Shown in pieces: positions 8,792-17,072 of a DNA stretch of 64,000 nt. The notes beneath the pieces are model-generated. The model had not been told where the DNA came from. It did no database searches and was given only the letters and a program-made list of their open reading frames with translations. The position numbers and the translations under genes were made by a program. Positions within the stretch are counted from its first letter, which is position 1, and each line of letters opens with the position of its first letter. The DNA comes from a virus: the IMG/VR virus record IMGVR_UViG_3300043331_002222; one strand, 5' to 3'.

Positions 8792-9042
8792 GGCCAGTTC
8801 CTCGGTCGTTGGGCTCGTTGCGAGAGGATCGAGCACCGCTGGATGCGCCCCACGAACCTCGCTCGGAGCGCGGCCCGGGTGTTGCGGGCGTCCTCCCAGG
8901 TGAAGTCCTCGGGCAGGGGGTACTCGATCCGGTTTCCGTCGTACAGCTGGATGTCCAGCCGCCAGCGAGGGTGGTAGTCTAGCTCCACCTGCTCGGTGGG
9001 AGCGGAAACGGGGATCAGCGTGCTTCCTCTCATCTCATCCAC
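8788..9042 (-). CDS. Hypothetical protein, first gene of the leftward operon
   Basis: Leaderless start MDEMR 6 nt after a -10 box. Confidence 0.6.
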   Translation of the reverse strand: MDEMRGSTLIPVSAPTEQVELDYHPRWRLDIQLYDGNRIEYPLPEDFTWEDARNTRAALRARFVGRIQRCSILSQRAQRPRNWP

Positions 9043-9048
9043 GCCAGC

Positions 9049-9078
9049 ACCTTATCTCCTGACCTCCCCACTTGTCCA
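9049..9078 (-). promoter_or_regulatory. Leftward promoter TGGACA-N18-TAAGGT
   Basis: Direct sequence match; lies at the strand switch. Confidence 0.75.
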
Positions 9079-9111
9079 CGCACCTCGGTGAAAGCCCCCG
9101 CGACCAGGCAC

Positions 9112-9140
9112 TGGACAACACCTTACAACCGTGGTAGACT
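9112..9140 (+). promoter_or_regulatory. Rightward promoter TGGACA-N17-TAGACT
   Basis: Direct match; ATG 9147 lies 6 nt downstream. Confidence 0.75.
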
Positions 9141-9146
9141 GGTCGC

Positions 9147-9653
9147 ATGGATGAGATGCGACGTGAATTCCGCCCCCGTGACCGAGCGGCCGAGGCCATC
9201 GCGGCCATCGACGCCGGCCTGGCCACCTACGCTGACGAGAGCGGCCAGCTCCAGAAGGACATCGCCGCCCTCGAGGAGCGGCACCTGGCCACGGAGCGGC
9301 AGTACCGCCAGGAGCGCGCCGCTGCAGCGGTGGACCGGCTGCTGGGGCCGGTCACCGAGGAGACGTGGCGTGGCTGGGACTACGCTGCCCGAGGTGACGA
9401 GGAGTACGGCGAGACCCGGGGCGACCCCAACGAGCACCAGTACTCCAGCCCCTGGGAGCGCGACGACCGCGCTCTGCTGCTGGTCCAGCTGGCTGGTGAG
9501 CGAGGCCTGACTCCCTCCGAGCTGGCGGCCCAGATGCACATCAGCCGGGGCAAGGCCTACCACAGCCTGGACCGGCTGCTTCACGAGCGGCGCAAGGTCC
9601 GCAAGCAGGGCCGGGGCCGGTACGTGGCCGTTCAGCGAGAGGAGGACCGGTGA
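9147..9653 (+). CDS. Coiled-coil plus C-terminal winged-HTH DNA-binding protein
   Basis: GLTPSELAAQMHISRGKAYHSLDRL...VRKQGRGRY. Confidence 0.7.
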   Translation: MDEMRREFRPRDRAAEAIAAIDAGLATYADESGQLQKDIAALEERHLATERQYRQERAAAAVDRLLGPVTEETWRGWDYAARGDEEYGETRGDPNEHQYSSPWERDDRALLLVQLAGERGLTPSELAAQMHISRGKAYHSLDRLLHERRKVRKQGRGRYVAVQREEDR

Positions 9654-10063
9654 CGAAGACCAAGGGCAACGGTGACTGCTTCGACGTCGCCCTGCGCCTC
9701 GGGCTGCTCGACCCCCTCGAGGGTGAGACCCTCCACATCGTGCACGGCCTGCCCCTCGGGACCGGTTCCGAGAACTACGACCAGCGGTTCTGGCACGCCT
9801 GGGTCGAGGTGACCCGGGTCGTGGACCTCCCCTACGAGGGTGGCACCGTGAAGGTCGAGTTCCGCGAGGTGATCGACCGCTCCAACGGCCACGACGTCCG
9901 GATGCCGGCCGAGGTCTACTACCACTTCGCTCGGATCGACCCGGACGAGCACCTCTGGCGCTTCACGCCCGACGAGGCTCGGGACCGGGCGCTCGAGACC
10001 GGGCACATGGGTCCCTGGGTCGAGGACGAGTCCCTCGGCCTGTTGGGCAACGGAGAGGACTAG
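9650..10063 (+). CDS. Hypothetical protein, possible papain/transglutaminase-like fold
   Basis: GDCF near the N-terminus and FWHAWVE. Confidence 0.55.
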   Translation: MTKTKGNGDCFDVALRLGLLDPLEGETLHIVHGLPLGTGSENYDQRFWHAWVEVTRVVDLPYEGGTVKVEFREVIDRSNGHDVRMPAEVYYHFARIDPDEHLWRFTPDEARDRALETGHMGPWVEDESLGLLGNGED

Positions 10064-10072
10064 TGGTAAGGT
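10044..10072 (+). promoter_or_regulatory. Promoter TGGGCA-N17-TAAGGT
   Basis: Matches the promoter family; followed by GTGACGAGAC leader. Confidence 0.65.
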
Positions 10073-10110
10073 ACCGCTAGTGACGAGACACAGACCAGGA
10101 AGGAACCACC

Positions 10111-10779
10111 TTGACCAGCTACCGTAGTGCCGTCCGGGAAGCCAAGAGCCTCCTGCGACGGACCGAAGAGGACCAGTGGCGCCTCGCCGAGCTCTCTTGG
10201 GAGCAGGTGACCCAGCGCGGCTACTCGGCCGTCAGTTGGGGGCGTGACATCGGCATCAGCAGCCAGCACGCCGGTCGTCTGGTCCGCCTGTGGGCGCTCC
10301 ACCGGGACGCTCCACAGCGACCCAGCTACACCGAGGCGTACGCTGCGCTGAACAGCCAGCCGATCAACTCCATCACCCGGCTCCGCGAGGCCCCGCAAGA
10401 GAAGCGCGCCGAGGTCGTCCACGACCTCTTCGCCGCCGACCCGGGCCTCGAGCGGGCGGTCCGAGCCCTGGACCCGCCCCCGTTCCGGAGCTACCGGGGC
10501 ACCGGTCTCACCGACGACGCAGAGAACGCAGCGGCCCTGAACCGCCGTACCCTCAGCGACACCGACGAGGCCGTCGACTACCTCCGGGGCGCCGCTCGAG
10601 AGCTGGCCCACGCCTTCGCGGCGCGGGACCGCGAGGGTGTCCAGGACGAGCAGGCCGAGAAGCAGGCGATCGAGGAGGTGACCCGGGCGCTGTCGATGTA
10701 CGTCGCGGCCGTCAACGGGACCACCACCGTTACCGACGCCGACCGGTTCTGGCTCGAGCAGGTGGGGGTGACACTGTGA
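10111..10779 (+). CDS. Hypothetical protein with N-terminal HTH-like segment
   Basis: SAVSWGRDIGISSQHAGRLVRLW; GGAAGG RBS, TTG start. Confidence 0.65.
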   Translation: MTSYRSAVREAKSLLRRTEEDQWRLAELSWEQVTQRGYSAVSWGRDIGISSQHAGRLVRLWALHRDAPQRPSYTEAYAALNSQPINSITRLREAPQEKRAEVVHDLFAADPGLERAVRALDPPPFRSYRGTGLTDDAENAAALNRRTLSDTDEAVDYLRGAARELAHAFAARDREGVQDEQAEKQAIEEVTRALSMYVAAVNGTTTVTDADRFWLEQVGVTL

Positions 10780-11315
10780 CCGCCGCTGCCGTCACCAGAG
10801 AGTGGAGCTCGATCGACCAGCTGGACGAGGCCCTCGAGGCCTACGTCCGGCTCAGCCGAGAGCAGGGCAGGGACCCGCAGGGGTTCACGTCCAAGACGAT
10901 CCGGGTGTTCGTCAACCGGATCAGGGAGAAGCTCAACCTCCCACCCACCAGCCCGATCCAGCTGGCGTCCATGCTGCAGTACTACCGCTTCGCTCAGGCG
11001 CAGCGAGTGCGCGGCCAGACCCCCCGCTATGTCATCGCCAGCCGAGGCTACGGGACCGCTACCCGGTGGTTCATCCTCGCCAAGCCGGGCAGCGACCCGG
11101 CGACGGTCCGCCACGCACGGCTGCAGCAGGCCGAGTGGGCCATCGAGGACATGGCCAGGCGCTGGGCCAGTGACGTGGCCCACGAGATCGCGCCGGCCCT
11201 GCGGGACGCGGTGGTCGACGAGATCATCGAGGACGCGGTGGCCGACGTCACCCGGCACGTCTCGGCGGTCCGGGAGGGCGTCGAGCGGCGCCTGAAGCGG
11301 GTCACCAAGGCGTGA
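10776..11315 (+). CDS. Hypothetical protein
   Basis: GTGA-coupled to 10111..10779; 3' part of ORF 10290..11315. Confidence 0.65.
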   Translation: MTAAAVTREWSSIDQLDEALEAYVRLSREQGRDPQGFTSKTIRVFVNRIREKLNLPPTSPIQLASMLQYYRFAQAQRVRGQTPRYVIASRGYGTATRWFILAKPGSDPATVRHARLQQAEWAIEDMARRWASDVAHEIAPALRDAVVDEIIEDAVADVTRHVSAVREGVERRLKRVTKA

Positions 11316-11406
11316 CCGACGACCTCGAGCTCGACCTGGAGCGCGCGCTGACCGTGCTCCGGGTCGACCTCGAGTCGTACCTGGAGGAGACGACCGAGGA
11401 GGAACC

Positions 11407-11559
11407 GTGCCCGACGAGCAAGACCACCCCGAACTGACCCAGGAGATGTTCGACCTCTTCGTCGTCGTGGACAACGGTGACGGTACCCAGGACGACGCCA
11501 AGCACGCCGAGCTCCGAGAGCTCGCCGAGGCTGGCCTGGGCCAGGGGTCGTTCGAGTGA
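11407..11559 (+). CDS. Small acidic hypothetical protein (50 aa, not in ORF track)
   Basis: GAGGAGG RBS, stop overlaps the endolysin GTG. Confidence 0.4.
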   Translation: MPDEQDHPELTQEMFDLFVVVDNGDGTQDDAKHAELRELAEAGLGQGSFE

Positions 11560-12473
11560 TCACGGGCAGCCAGCTCGAGACCGTCCTCCGCCGCTACGGC
11601 ATCGAGCTGGTCACCAAGGCCCAGTGGGGCGCGCGGCCGTTCGAGTGCCGCAGCTCCATGCCCACCCCGTCCCCTCGCTTCTACGACCACCACGCTGCGG
11701 TCGAGTCGACCGACGACGCCCAGGAGGTCCGGGCGCACCAGCAGTACCACATGGACCACAACGGCTGGTGCGACATCGCGTACAACTTCCTGATCCCGGA
11801 CCCGGCCACGGGCAACCTCGTCTACGAGGGGCGCGGCGTCGGTGTCTCGGGCGGCCACACCCAGGGGGAGAACACCGAGTCGCACGCGGTCTGCATCCTG
11901 GGCAACTTCGAGCGGGACCGCCCGGCCGCTACCACCCTCGAGCTGGCCGCGAAGCTCATGGCCGCTGGCATCAAAGAGCGGTGGTGGAGCGACGACATCC
12001 TCGGCCACCGTGACGCGCCGGGCGCCTCGACCTCGTGCCCCGGGAAGTACTGGTACGAGAAGCTTCCCTGGTTGCGCACGCGGGTCGACCAGATCCTCGC
12101 CGGCCCGACCCCATCACCCCTACCACCGAAGGACTGGTTCGACATGGCCACCAAGGCAGACCTCAAGGAAGTCGTCAACAGCGAGACTTCACCACTGCTC
12201 ATCCGGCCCACCCGGCCCGACGGCTCGATCCAGAGCAACGTGTTCATCGTCCGCAACGACTTCACCGCGAAGTTCTGGATCGGTGACTGGGACGCGGTCG
12301 CCATCATCGAGTACGTCAGCAACCTGCTGGACGCCGGTGCCTGGAACAGGCCGTTCAACCTGCCGGCCCTCCTCATGGACCAGATCCCAGAGCTCGAGAA
12401 CCCGGTGCTCGGCTTCAGTTACGCGCCGAAGGACGGCTGGAGGGAAGCTCTAGCAGCCCTCCGTCCTCAGTAG
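11556..12473 (+). CDS. Endolysin, N-acetylmuramoyl-L-alanine amidase (Amidase_2/PGRP-like)
   Basis: DHHAA, GWCDIAYNFLI, VYEGRG...GGHT, ILGHRD...TSCPG. Confidence 0.92.
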   Translation: MITGSQLETVLRRYGIELVTKAQWGARPFECRSSMPTPSPRFYDHHAAVESTDDAQEVRAHQQYHMDHNGWCDIAYNFLIPDPATGNLVYEGRGVGVSGGHTQGENTESHAVCILGNFERDRPAATTLELAAKLMAAGIKERWWSDDILGHRDAPGASTSCPGKYWYEKLPWLRTRVDQILAGPTPSPLPPKDWFDMATKADLKEVVNSETSPLLIRPTRPDGSIQSNVFIVRNDFTAKFWIGDWDAVAIIEYVSNLLDAGAWNRPFNLPALLMDQIPELENPVLGFSYAPKDGWREALAALRPQ

Positions 12474-12475
12474 CC

Positions 12476-12505
12476 TGGACGGTTCACCCTTCCTCGCGGT
12501 AGGGT
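12476..12505 (+). promoter_or_regulatory. Promoter TGGACG-N18-TAGGGT, leaderless for 12513
   Basis: -10 box 7 nt before ATGGACGAGACG. Confidence 0.7.
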
Positions 12506-12512
12506 GTCTCCC

Positions 12513-12713
12513 ATGGACGAGACGAAGAACCTGACGGTGGTCCAGCGACTCGCTCGTGACCACGATCCTGTGGCCGAGGCCGAGAGGCGCGAGGCCTACC
12601 TAGCTCGGAAGCGAGAGCGCTGCCCGCGCTACGTGGCCCACACCGAGCGGATGGCCGCCGGCGTGGACGGCCACGAGTCTCTGGCAACCGACAACCCGGG
12701 AGTCACCCGGTGA
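12513..12713 (+). CDS. Small hypothetical protein
   Basis: Leaderless MDETK start. Confidence 0.55.
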   Translation: MDETKNLTVVQRLARDHDPVAEAERREAYLARKRERCPRYVAHTERMAAGVDGHESLATDNPGVTR

Positions 12714-13159
12714 TTCGAGCCCTCCTCTGGCTGGGGTGGTTCCTCCGAGCGGGGCTCCACCAGCTGGCAGAGGAGGGCAACGCCGGCCGTCGCATCCGAC
12801 GGCGCTTCGACATAGATCAGATGGAGATTGACAGCATGGCAACCCGAACCAACCGACACAGTGGCGAGGTCGACGTCATCGACGCTGCGGCCGCGCTCGA
12901 TGACCACGAGGAACCACCTGCCGTGATCGAGACGACCGCCGATCCTCTCCTGGAGGAGCCCGCCTTGGAGCCGCGCCCGATCGACGTCGTCGTGAACGTC
13001 CGGTTGGCGCGCACCGAGCACGGCGCTGACGCCATCTGCGTGTACCTGCCGCACAATGGCCGGCTGACCGCAGCTGAGGCCCAGGAGCTGATGATCGACC
13101 TCGACATCGCCAAGCAGCAGGTCGCCAGCATCCGCACCGCCTGCGGGTTCACGTCCTAG
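12710..13159 (+). CDS. Hypothetical protein
   Basis: GTGA-coupled; start uncertain. Confidence 0.55.
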   Translation: MIRALLWLGWFLRAGLHQLAEEGNAGRRIRRRFDIDQMEIDSMATRTNRHSGEVDVIDAAAALDDHEEPPAVIETTADPLLEEPALEPRPIDVVVNVRLARTEHGADAICVYLPHNGRLTAAEAQELMIDLDIAKQQVASIRTACGFTS

Positions 13160-13177
13160 AAGGAAGGAGCTGGGCCG

Positions 13178-13621
13178 GTGGTCATGTCCACCCACGTGCT
13201 GCGCGGTTGGGACGACGATGTCCAGCGCCCCACCGAGTACGACGTCACAGCGGAGCTGCTGGCGTCGGCCTCCACGCACCGTGACGACCACGTCCGGCTC
13301 GTGCACGACTCCGGAGAGCACGCTCCTCAGGGCACCCGCTGTTCAGCCTGTCGGTGGTTCGAGGTGTTCATCTACCGCGAACGTGGTGGGACGTGGGTGG
13401 TCCAGACCGTCGGGCGCAGCCTCGTGCCCGGCGAGGACGACCGCTACCGAGTTCACTTCTGCCCCACCCCCCGCCGCGTCATCGCGGCCCTGGTCCAGAC
13501 CCGCGGTGAGGACGTGTTCGTCCCCAACACCGCCAAGCGGGCGCTGGACCAGGCCGCGGACGCCGATCCCGTGCTGGCGGAGGCGGTCGACCAGTTGCTC
13601 GAAGACGGCCTCGCCTCGTGA
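13178..13621 (+). CDS. Hypothetical phage protein
   Basis: AGGAAGGAG RBS; CSACRWFEVFIYR...WVVQTVGRSLVPGE. Confidence 0.65.
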   Translation: MVMSTHVLRGWDDDVQRPTEYDVTAELLASASTHRDDHVRLVHDSGEHAPQGTRCSACRWFEVFIYRERGGTWVVQTVGRSLVPGEDDRYRVHFCPTPRRVIAALVQTRGEDVFVPNTAKRALDQAADADPVLAEAVDQLLEDGLAS

Positions 13622-13622
13622 C

Positions 13623-13892
13623 GTGGACGAGCGAACTCGACTGGCCGTACGGCTCAGGTCGCTGGCCGACTCCCTCGCTCCGTACCTCGTCAGCGAGAAG
13701 GGACTGCTCAACGAGGCCGCGGACGCTCTAGATAAGCGGCTGTGCTCCAAGTGCCACGAGTGGAAGGCACCCGACGAGTTCTACGGCCCCAACCGGAACA
13801 CGTGCAAGGCCTGCCACCCTCGCCGTGACCGTGACCAGAACACCAACTACATGCGGGAGTACCGAGCCCGTAAGGCTCGGAAGAGGAGATGA
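13623..13892 (+). CDS. Zinc-finger protein (CxxC...CxxC, endonuclease-VII/HNH N-terminal-like)
   Basis: KRLCSKCHEWKAPDEFY...TCKAC; start GTGGACGAG. Confidence 0.6.
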   Translation: MDERTRLAVRLRSLADSLAPYLVSEKGLLNEAADALDKRLCSKCHEWKAPDEFYGPNRNTCKACHPRRDRDQNTNYMREYRARKARKRR

Positions 13893-13898
13893 GACGAG

Positions 13899-14861
13899 AT
13901 GCTGACGATCATCGTCGAGGGACCTGACCTGGTGGGCAAGACCACCTTCGTTGACCAGCTGACCGAGGTCCTCGCCAAGAGGCACTTGAACCACGCCCGG
14001 CTGAAGGCGAGCCAGCCTGACCCACCTGACCGGGACCCCTACCAGGAGTACGAACACGCGCTCGACGCCCTGAACCTCGAGTCCATCGACGTAGTCGTCG
14101 CGGACCGCTGGCACTGGGGCGAGACGGTCTACGGCCCCATCTTCCGGGGCCGGGACCGTCTCGAGGGTGCTGGTTGGCGCCACGTCGAGCTGGCACTGCT
14201 CTCTCACGGGACCCTGGCGGTGTACCTACACCAGCCGACCGAGGTGCTCCGTGCCCGGTACGCCGCTCGGGGTGACGACTTCATCCAGGGTCACCACCTC
14301 GAGCAGATCCAGCAGGGGTACGAGTGGTGCCTCCGCAACACCGCCCTCCCCACCCTCTCCCTGATCGACCCGAGCCCCTACCTCGCCGAGACGGTGGTCC
14401 AGACCCTGTTCGACCTCACCGACAGTGGCGCGAGCTGTACGGCAGACGTGTTCACGAGCTACGTCGGACCGCAGCGGCCCCTGGCGGTCCTCGTCGGAGA
14501 ACGGCGGGGTGGTTACTCGCACCTCGGTGATCGGTTCGCGTTCACCCCCCGCAACAGCGGAGCGGGTCGGTGGCTGCTCGAGGCGCTCCCCGAGCACCTG
14601 TGGCGTCACGTCGGGCTGGTGAACTCCCTCGAGGACGACCTACGAGACGTGTGGCGCTTCACGGGCACGCCCCACCTGGTCGCTCTTGGCGAGACCGCGG
14701 CCAGAGAACTGAAGAAGGAGCGCCTGCCCCACGCTGCGGTCCCTCACCCCCAGTTCATCCGACGGTTCCTGCACTCGCAGCTGTCGAGCTACGGTGAGCT
14801 GATCGCCACCCTGATCGGCACCGAGCAGGACTGCCGCAGTTGGAGAGGAGCCACCACTTGA
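13899..14861 (+). CDS. dNMP (thymidylate) kinase fused to a degenerate UDG-like domain
   Basis: IIVEGPDLVGKTT, VVADRWHWGETVYG; C-terminal LVGER...AFTP...AGRWL...LVALGETA...VPHPQF. Confidence 0.8.
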   Translation: MLTIIVEGPDLVGKTTFVDQLTEVLAKRHLNHARLKASQPDPPDRDPYQEYEHALDALNLESIDVVVADRWHWGETVYGPIFRGRDRLEGAGWRHVELALLSHGTLAVYLHQPTEVLRARYAARGDDFIQGHHLEQIQQGYEWCLRNTALPTLSLIDPSPYLAETVVQTLFDLTDSGASCTADVFTSYVGPQRPLAVLVGERRGGYSHLGDRFAFTPRNSGAGRWLLEALPEHLWRHVGLVNSLEDDLRDVWRFTGTPHLVALGETAARELKKERLPHAAVPHPQFIRRFLHSQLSSYGELIATLIGTEQDCRSWRGATT

Positions 14862-14962
14862 AGAAGCTCGCCGAGCAGGCAGTCACTCTGGTCGTTGCCG
14901 GCTGCCTCATCGCCATCTTCCTCGCCGGCACGCTCCGGCTCGTTGACTGGATCTTGCCGTGA
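14858..14962 (+). CDS. Small membrane peptide (34 aa)
   Basis: TTGA and GTGA overlaps; one hydrophobic helix; GAGGAG RBS. Confidence 0.45.
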   Translation: MKKLAEQAVTLVVAGCLIAIFLAGTLRLVDWILP

Positions 14963-15816
14963 GGCGCTACGACCTGCCGGACCTGCGCACCGGCTACGTC
15001 ACGCTCTGCGACTTGCTCCGCCACACCGGCAAGCTCGTCGCTCCCCGTGGTCAGCGCACCCTCGAGGTCGAAGACGCCGTGATCACGGTCGAGGACCTGA
15101 GCGACACTCTCCCGATCGGGGTGGGCCGGGGTGTCAACCTGCAGTTCGCGGCTCTGGAGGCTCTGCAGCTGGTCAGCGGGCTGTCCACCCCCGAGCTCCT
15201 CGTTGCGGTCCGGCCCGAGTTCTTGAAGTACCTCGAGGCAGACGGTAGCCAGCACGGAGCCTACGGTTCCAGAGTCCACAGCCAGGCGTCCAACGTGGTT
15301 TACAAGCTGCGCCAGGACAATGACTCGCGTCAGGCCGTCATCACCCTGTGGAACCCGCTCATCGACAACGAGCCGGGCCACGAGGACTACCCGTGCACCA
15401 TCGCGCTGGGGTTCCGGGTCCGCAAGGACAAGCTCAACCTCAGTGTCACGATGCGCTCCAACGACGCGTGGCTCGGGGTCGCGTACGACGTGTTCCAGTT
15501 CACCCAGCTCCAGCACACCGTCGCCGCTGAGCTCGGAGTCGCAGTCGGTAGCTACACCCACACCGCCTGGAGCCTCCACCTCTACGAGCGGGACTGGGCC
15601 AAGGTCGAGGAGCTTCACGAGCCCAGCGGAGTCGTTCACAACCTCCCGCATGGCATCAGCCGCACTTTCGCGAGGAAGCTGCTGACCGAGCCACACACCA
15701 TCGGCGTGTTCGACGGGCTAGAGCACCAGGAGGGACTCCTCGCACCCGGTGACACCTGGTACGTCCACCAGGCCCGCAAGGCCTGGGACGCTTACTACGA
15801 ACGGAACCCACTGTGA
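14959..15816 (+). CDS. Thymidylate-synthase-fold enzyme, probably dCMP (hydroxy)methylase-type
   Basis: PRG, AYG, SRQAV, DYPCT, MRSNDAWLGVAYDVFQF, SLHLYERD; Asp at the E. coli Asn177-equivalent position. Confidence 0.85.
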   Translation: MRRYDLPDLRTGYVTLCDLLRHTGKLVAPRGQRTLEVEDAVITVEDLSDTLPIGVGRGVNLQFAALEALQLVSGLSTPELLVAVRPEFLKYLEADGSQHGAYGSRVHSQASNVVYKLRQDNDSRQAVITLWNPLIDNEPGHEDYPCTIALGFRVRKDKLNLSVTMRSNDAWLGVAYDVFQFTQLQHTVAAELGVAVGSYTHTAWSLHLYERDWAKVEELHEPSGVVHNLPHGISRTFARKLLTEPHTIGVFDGLEHQEGLLAPGDTWYVHQARKAWDAYYERNPL

Positions 15817-16340
15817 GTGACGAGACCCGCGCCGACTGGGACGAGACCTGGCTCGAGGTGGCCCGTACGGTCGCCAAGCGCAGCCGCTGCGAGCGGGACC
15901 AGGTCGGAGCCGTGATCGTGGACCCGCGCAACCGGATTGTCGCGACCGGGTACAACGGCCCACCGGCTGGCTTTCCCGCCGGTGTGGGCACGTTCGTCCG
16001 TGGTCAGCGGAACGAGTTCGCCAAGCAAGTCCGTGACTGTTCCTTCTTCTGCAAGCGGGCCATGCACGGACCATCCAGCGAGACCCTTCACTCGTACGTG
16101 GACTGCTGCGCTAACCACGCCGAGGTCAACGCCCTGAGCGTGTGCGACCGCTCCGTCCGAGAGGGCGGCACCCTCTACGTCTCGAGCGACGTGTGCATGA
16201 CCTGCGCGAAGATCATCGCGAACTCGGGGCTGGTCAGGGTCGTGGTCGGTGCCCGGACCGACCGGGAGTACCGCCGGGCCAGCGAGGGTTACGCCTTCAT
16301 GCGGATGTGTGGCATCACCGTCGAAGAGGTCCTGCCGTGA
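15813..16340 (+). CDS. dCMP deaminase
   Basis: RSRCERDQVGAVI, ATGYNG, HAEVNAL, CxxC zinc ligands (VCMTC). Confidence 0.9.
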   Translation: MSDETRADWDETWLEVARTVAKRSRCERDQVGAVIVDPRNRIVATGYNGPPAGFPAGVGTFVRGQRNEFAKQVRDCSFFCKRAMHGPSSETLHSYVDCCANHAEVNALSVCDRSVREGGTLYVSSDVCMTCAKIIANSGLVRVVVGARTDREYRRASEGYAFMRMCGITVEEVLP

Positions 16341-16543
16341 GGTTGAACCCCTTCCCGTGCGGGTCCTTCTTCCGTCCGTACCGCTACGACGTCGTCGCCG
16401 GGCCGGTCGAGCAGCACCCGACCAAGCCCGTAGAAGACTGCGAGCCGGTCACCGAGACCGGACCAGCGATGACCGTCTGGAGGTGTCAACGACCGTCATG
16501 TGGACACACGTGGCGCCAGTTCGGGTGGGTACACGTCACGTGA
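16337..16543 (+). CDS. Small Cys-containing hypothetical protein
   Basis: GTGA overlaps. Confidence 0.45.
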   Translation: MRLNPFPCGSFFRPYRYDVVAGPVEQHPTKPVEDCEPVTETGPAMTVWRCQRPSCGHTWRQFGWVHVT

Positions 16544-16734
16544 GCGAGCTCACCCTCTGCAACTACTGCAAGCTGCAACTGATCAACGAGGAGGCCAAGG
16601 CCCGGGGCGCGACCGTGACCGTCAAGGCCGAGCAGCTCCTCTCGACCATGGAACCCTGGCTGGCGGTCCGGATCAGCGACCGGCACCACGTCGAGTGCTG
16701 GATGATGGAGCTCACCCCAGAGTGCTCGTGCTAG
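16540..16734 (+). CDS. Small hypothetical protein
   Basis: GTGA overlap; LCNYC. Confidence 0.5.
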   Translation: MSELTLCNYCKLQLINEEAKARGATVTVKAEQLLSTMEPWLAVRISDRHHVECWMMELTPECSC

Positions 16735-17072
16735 CAGGTAGCCTCGTCCAGAGCTGGGGGTTCGTCTGGTTCGTCGGCTCGATGGCCGGCGTGGTGTTCC
16801 TCGTCTGGTACGAGCGGCACCTGCGCAACCGAGCGGTCCGTGACCACGTGATCCAGGAGTACGGCCAGGACGTGCCCGTCCAAGGTGCGATCTACGTCGA
16901 CAAGGCCGGTCAGATCGTGGACCCGGACCCCAGTGACGGCGACCAGTCCAGCGAACACACGGCCGCGAACTTACTCGAGCCGGTGGAGTGGCTGGAGGGC
17001 ACCGAGCCCGTCCGATGCGACCGCTGTGGCCGAGAGATGGAGCACCGGCAGGCGGAGGACCACACGTGTTGA
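16728..17072 (+). CDS. Membrane-anchored protein with C-terminal CxxC
   Basis: N-terminal hydrophobic helix; CDRCG. Confidence 0.5.
   Translation: MLAGSLVQSWGFVWFVGSMAGVVFLVWYERHLRNRAVRDHVIQEYGQDVPVQGAIYVDKAGQIVDPDPSDGDQSSEHTAANLLEPVEWLEGTEPVRCDRCGREMEHRQAEDHTC

Noticed and set aside
14959-15816. Annotation as ordinary thymidylate synthase (thyA)
   Set aside because: Asp replaces the dUMP-specifying Asn, and RSND replaces RSCD, as in hydroxymethylase-type members
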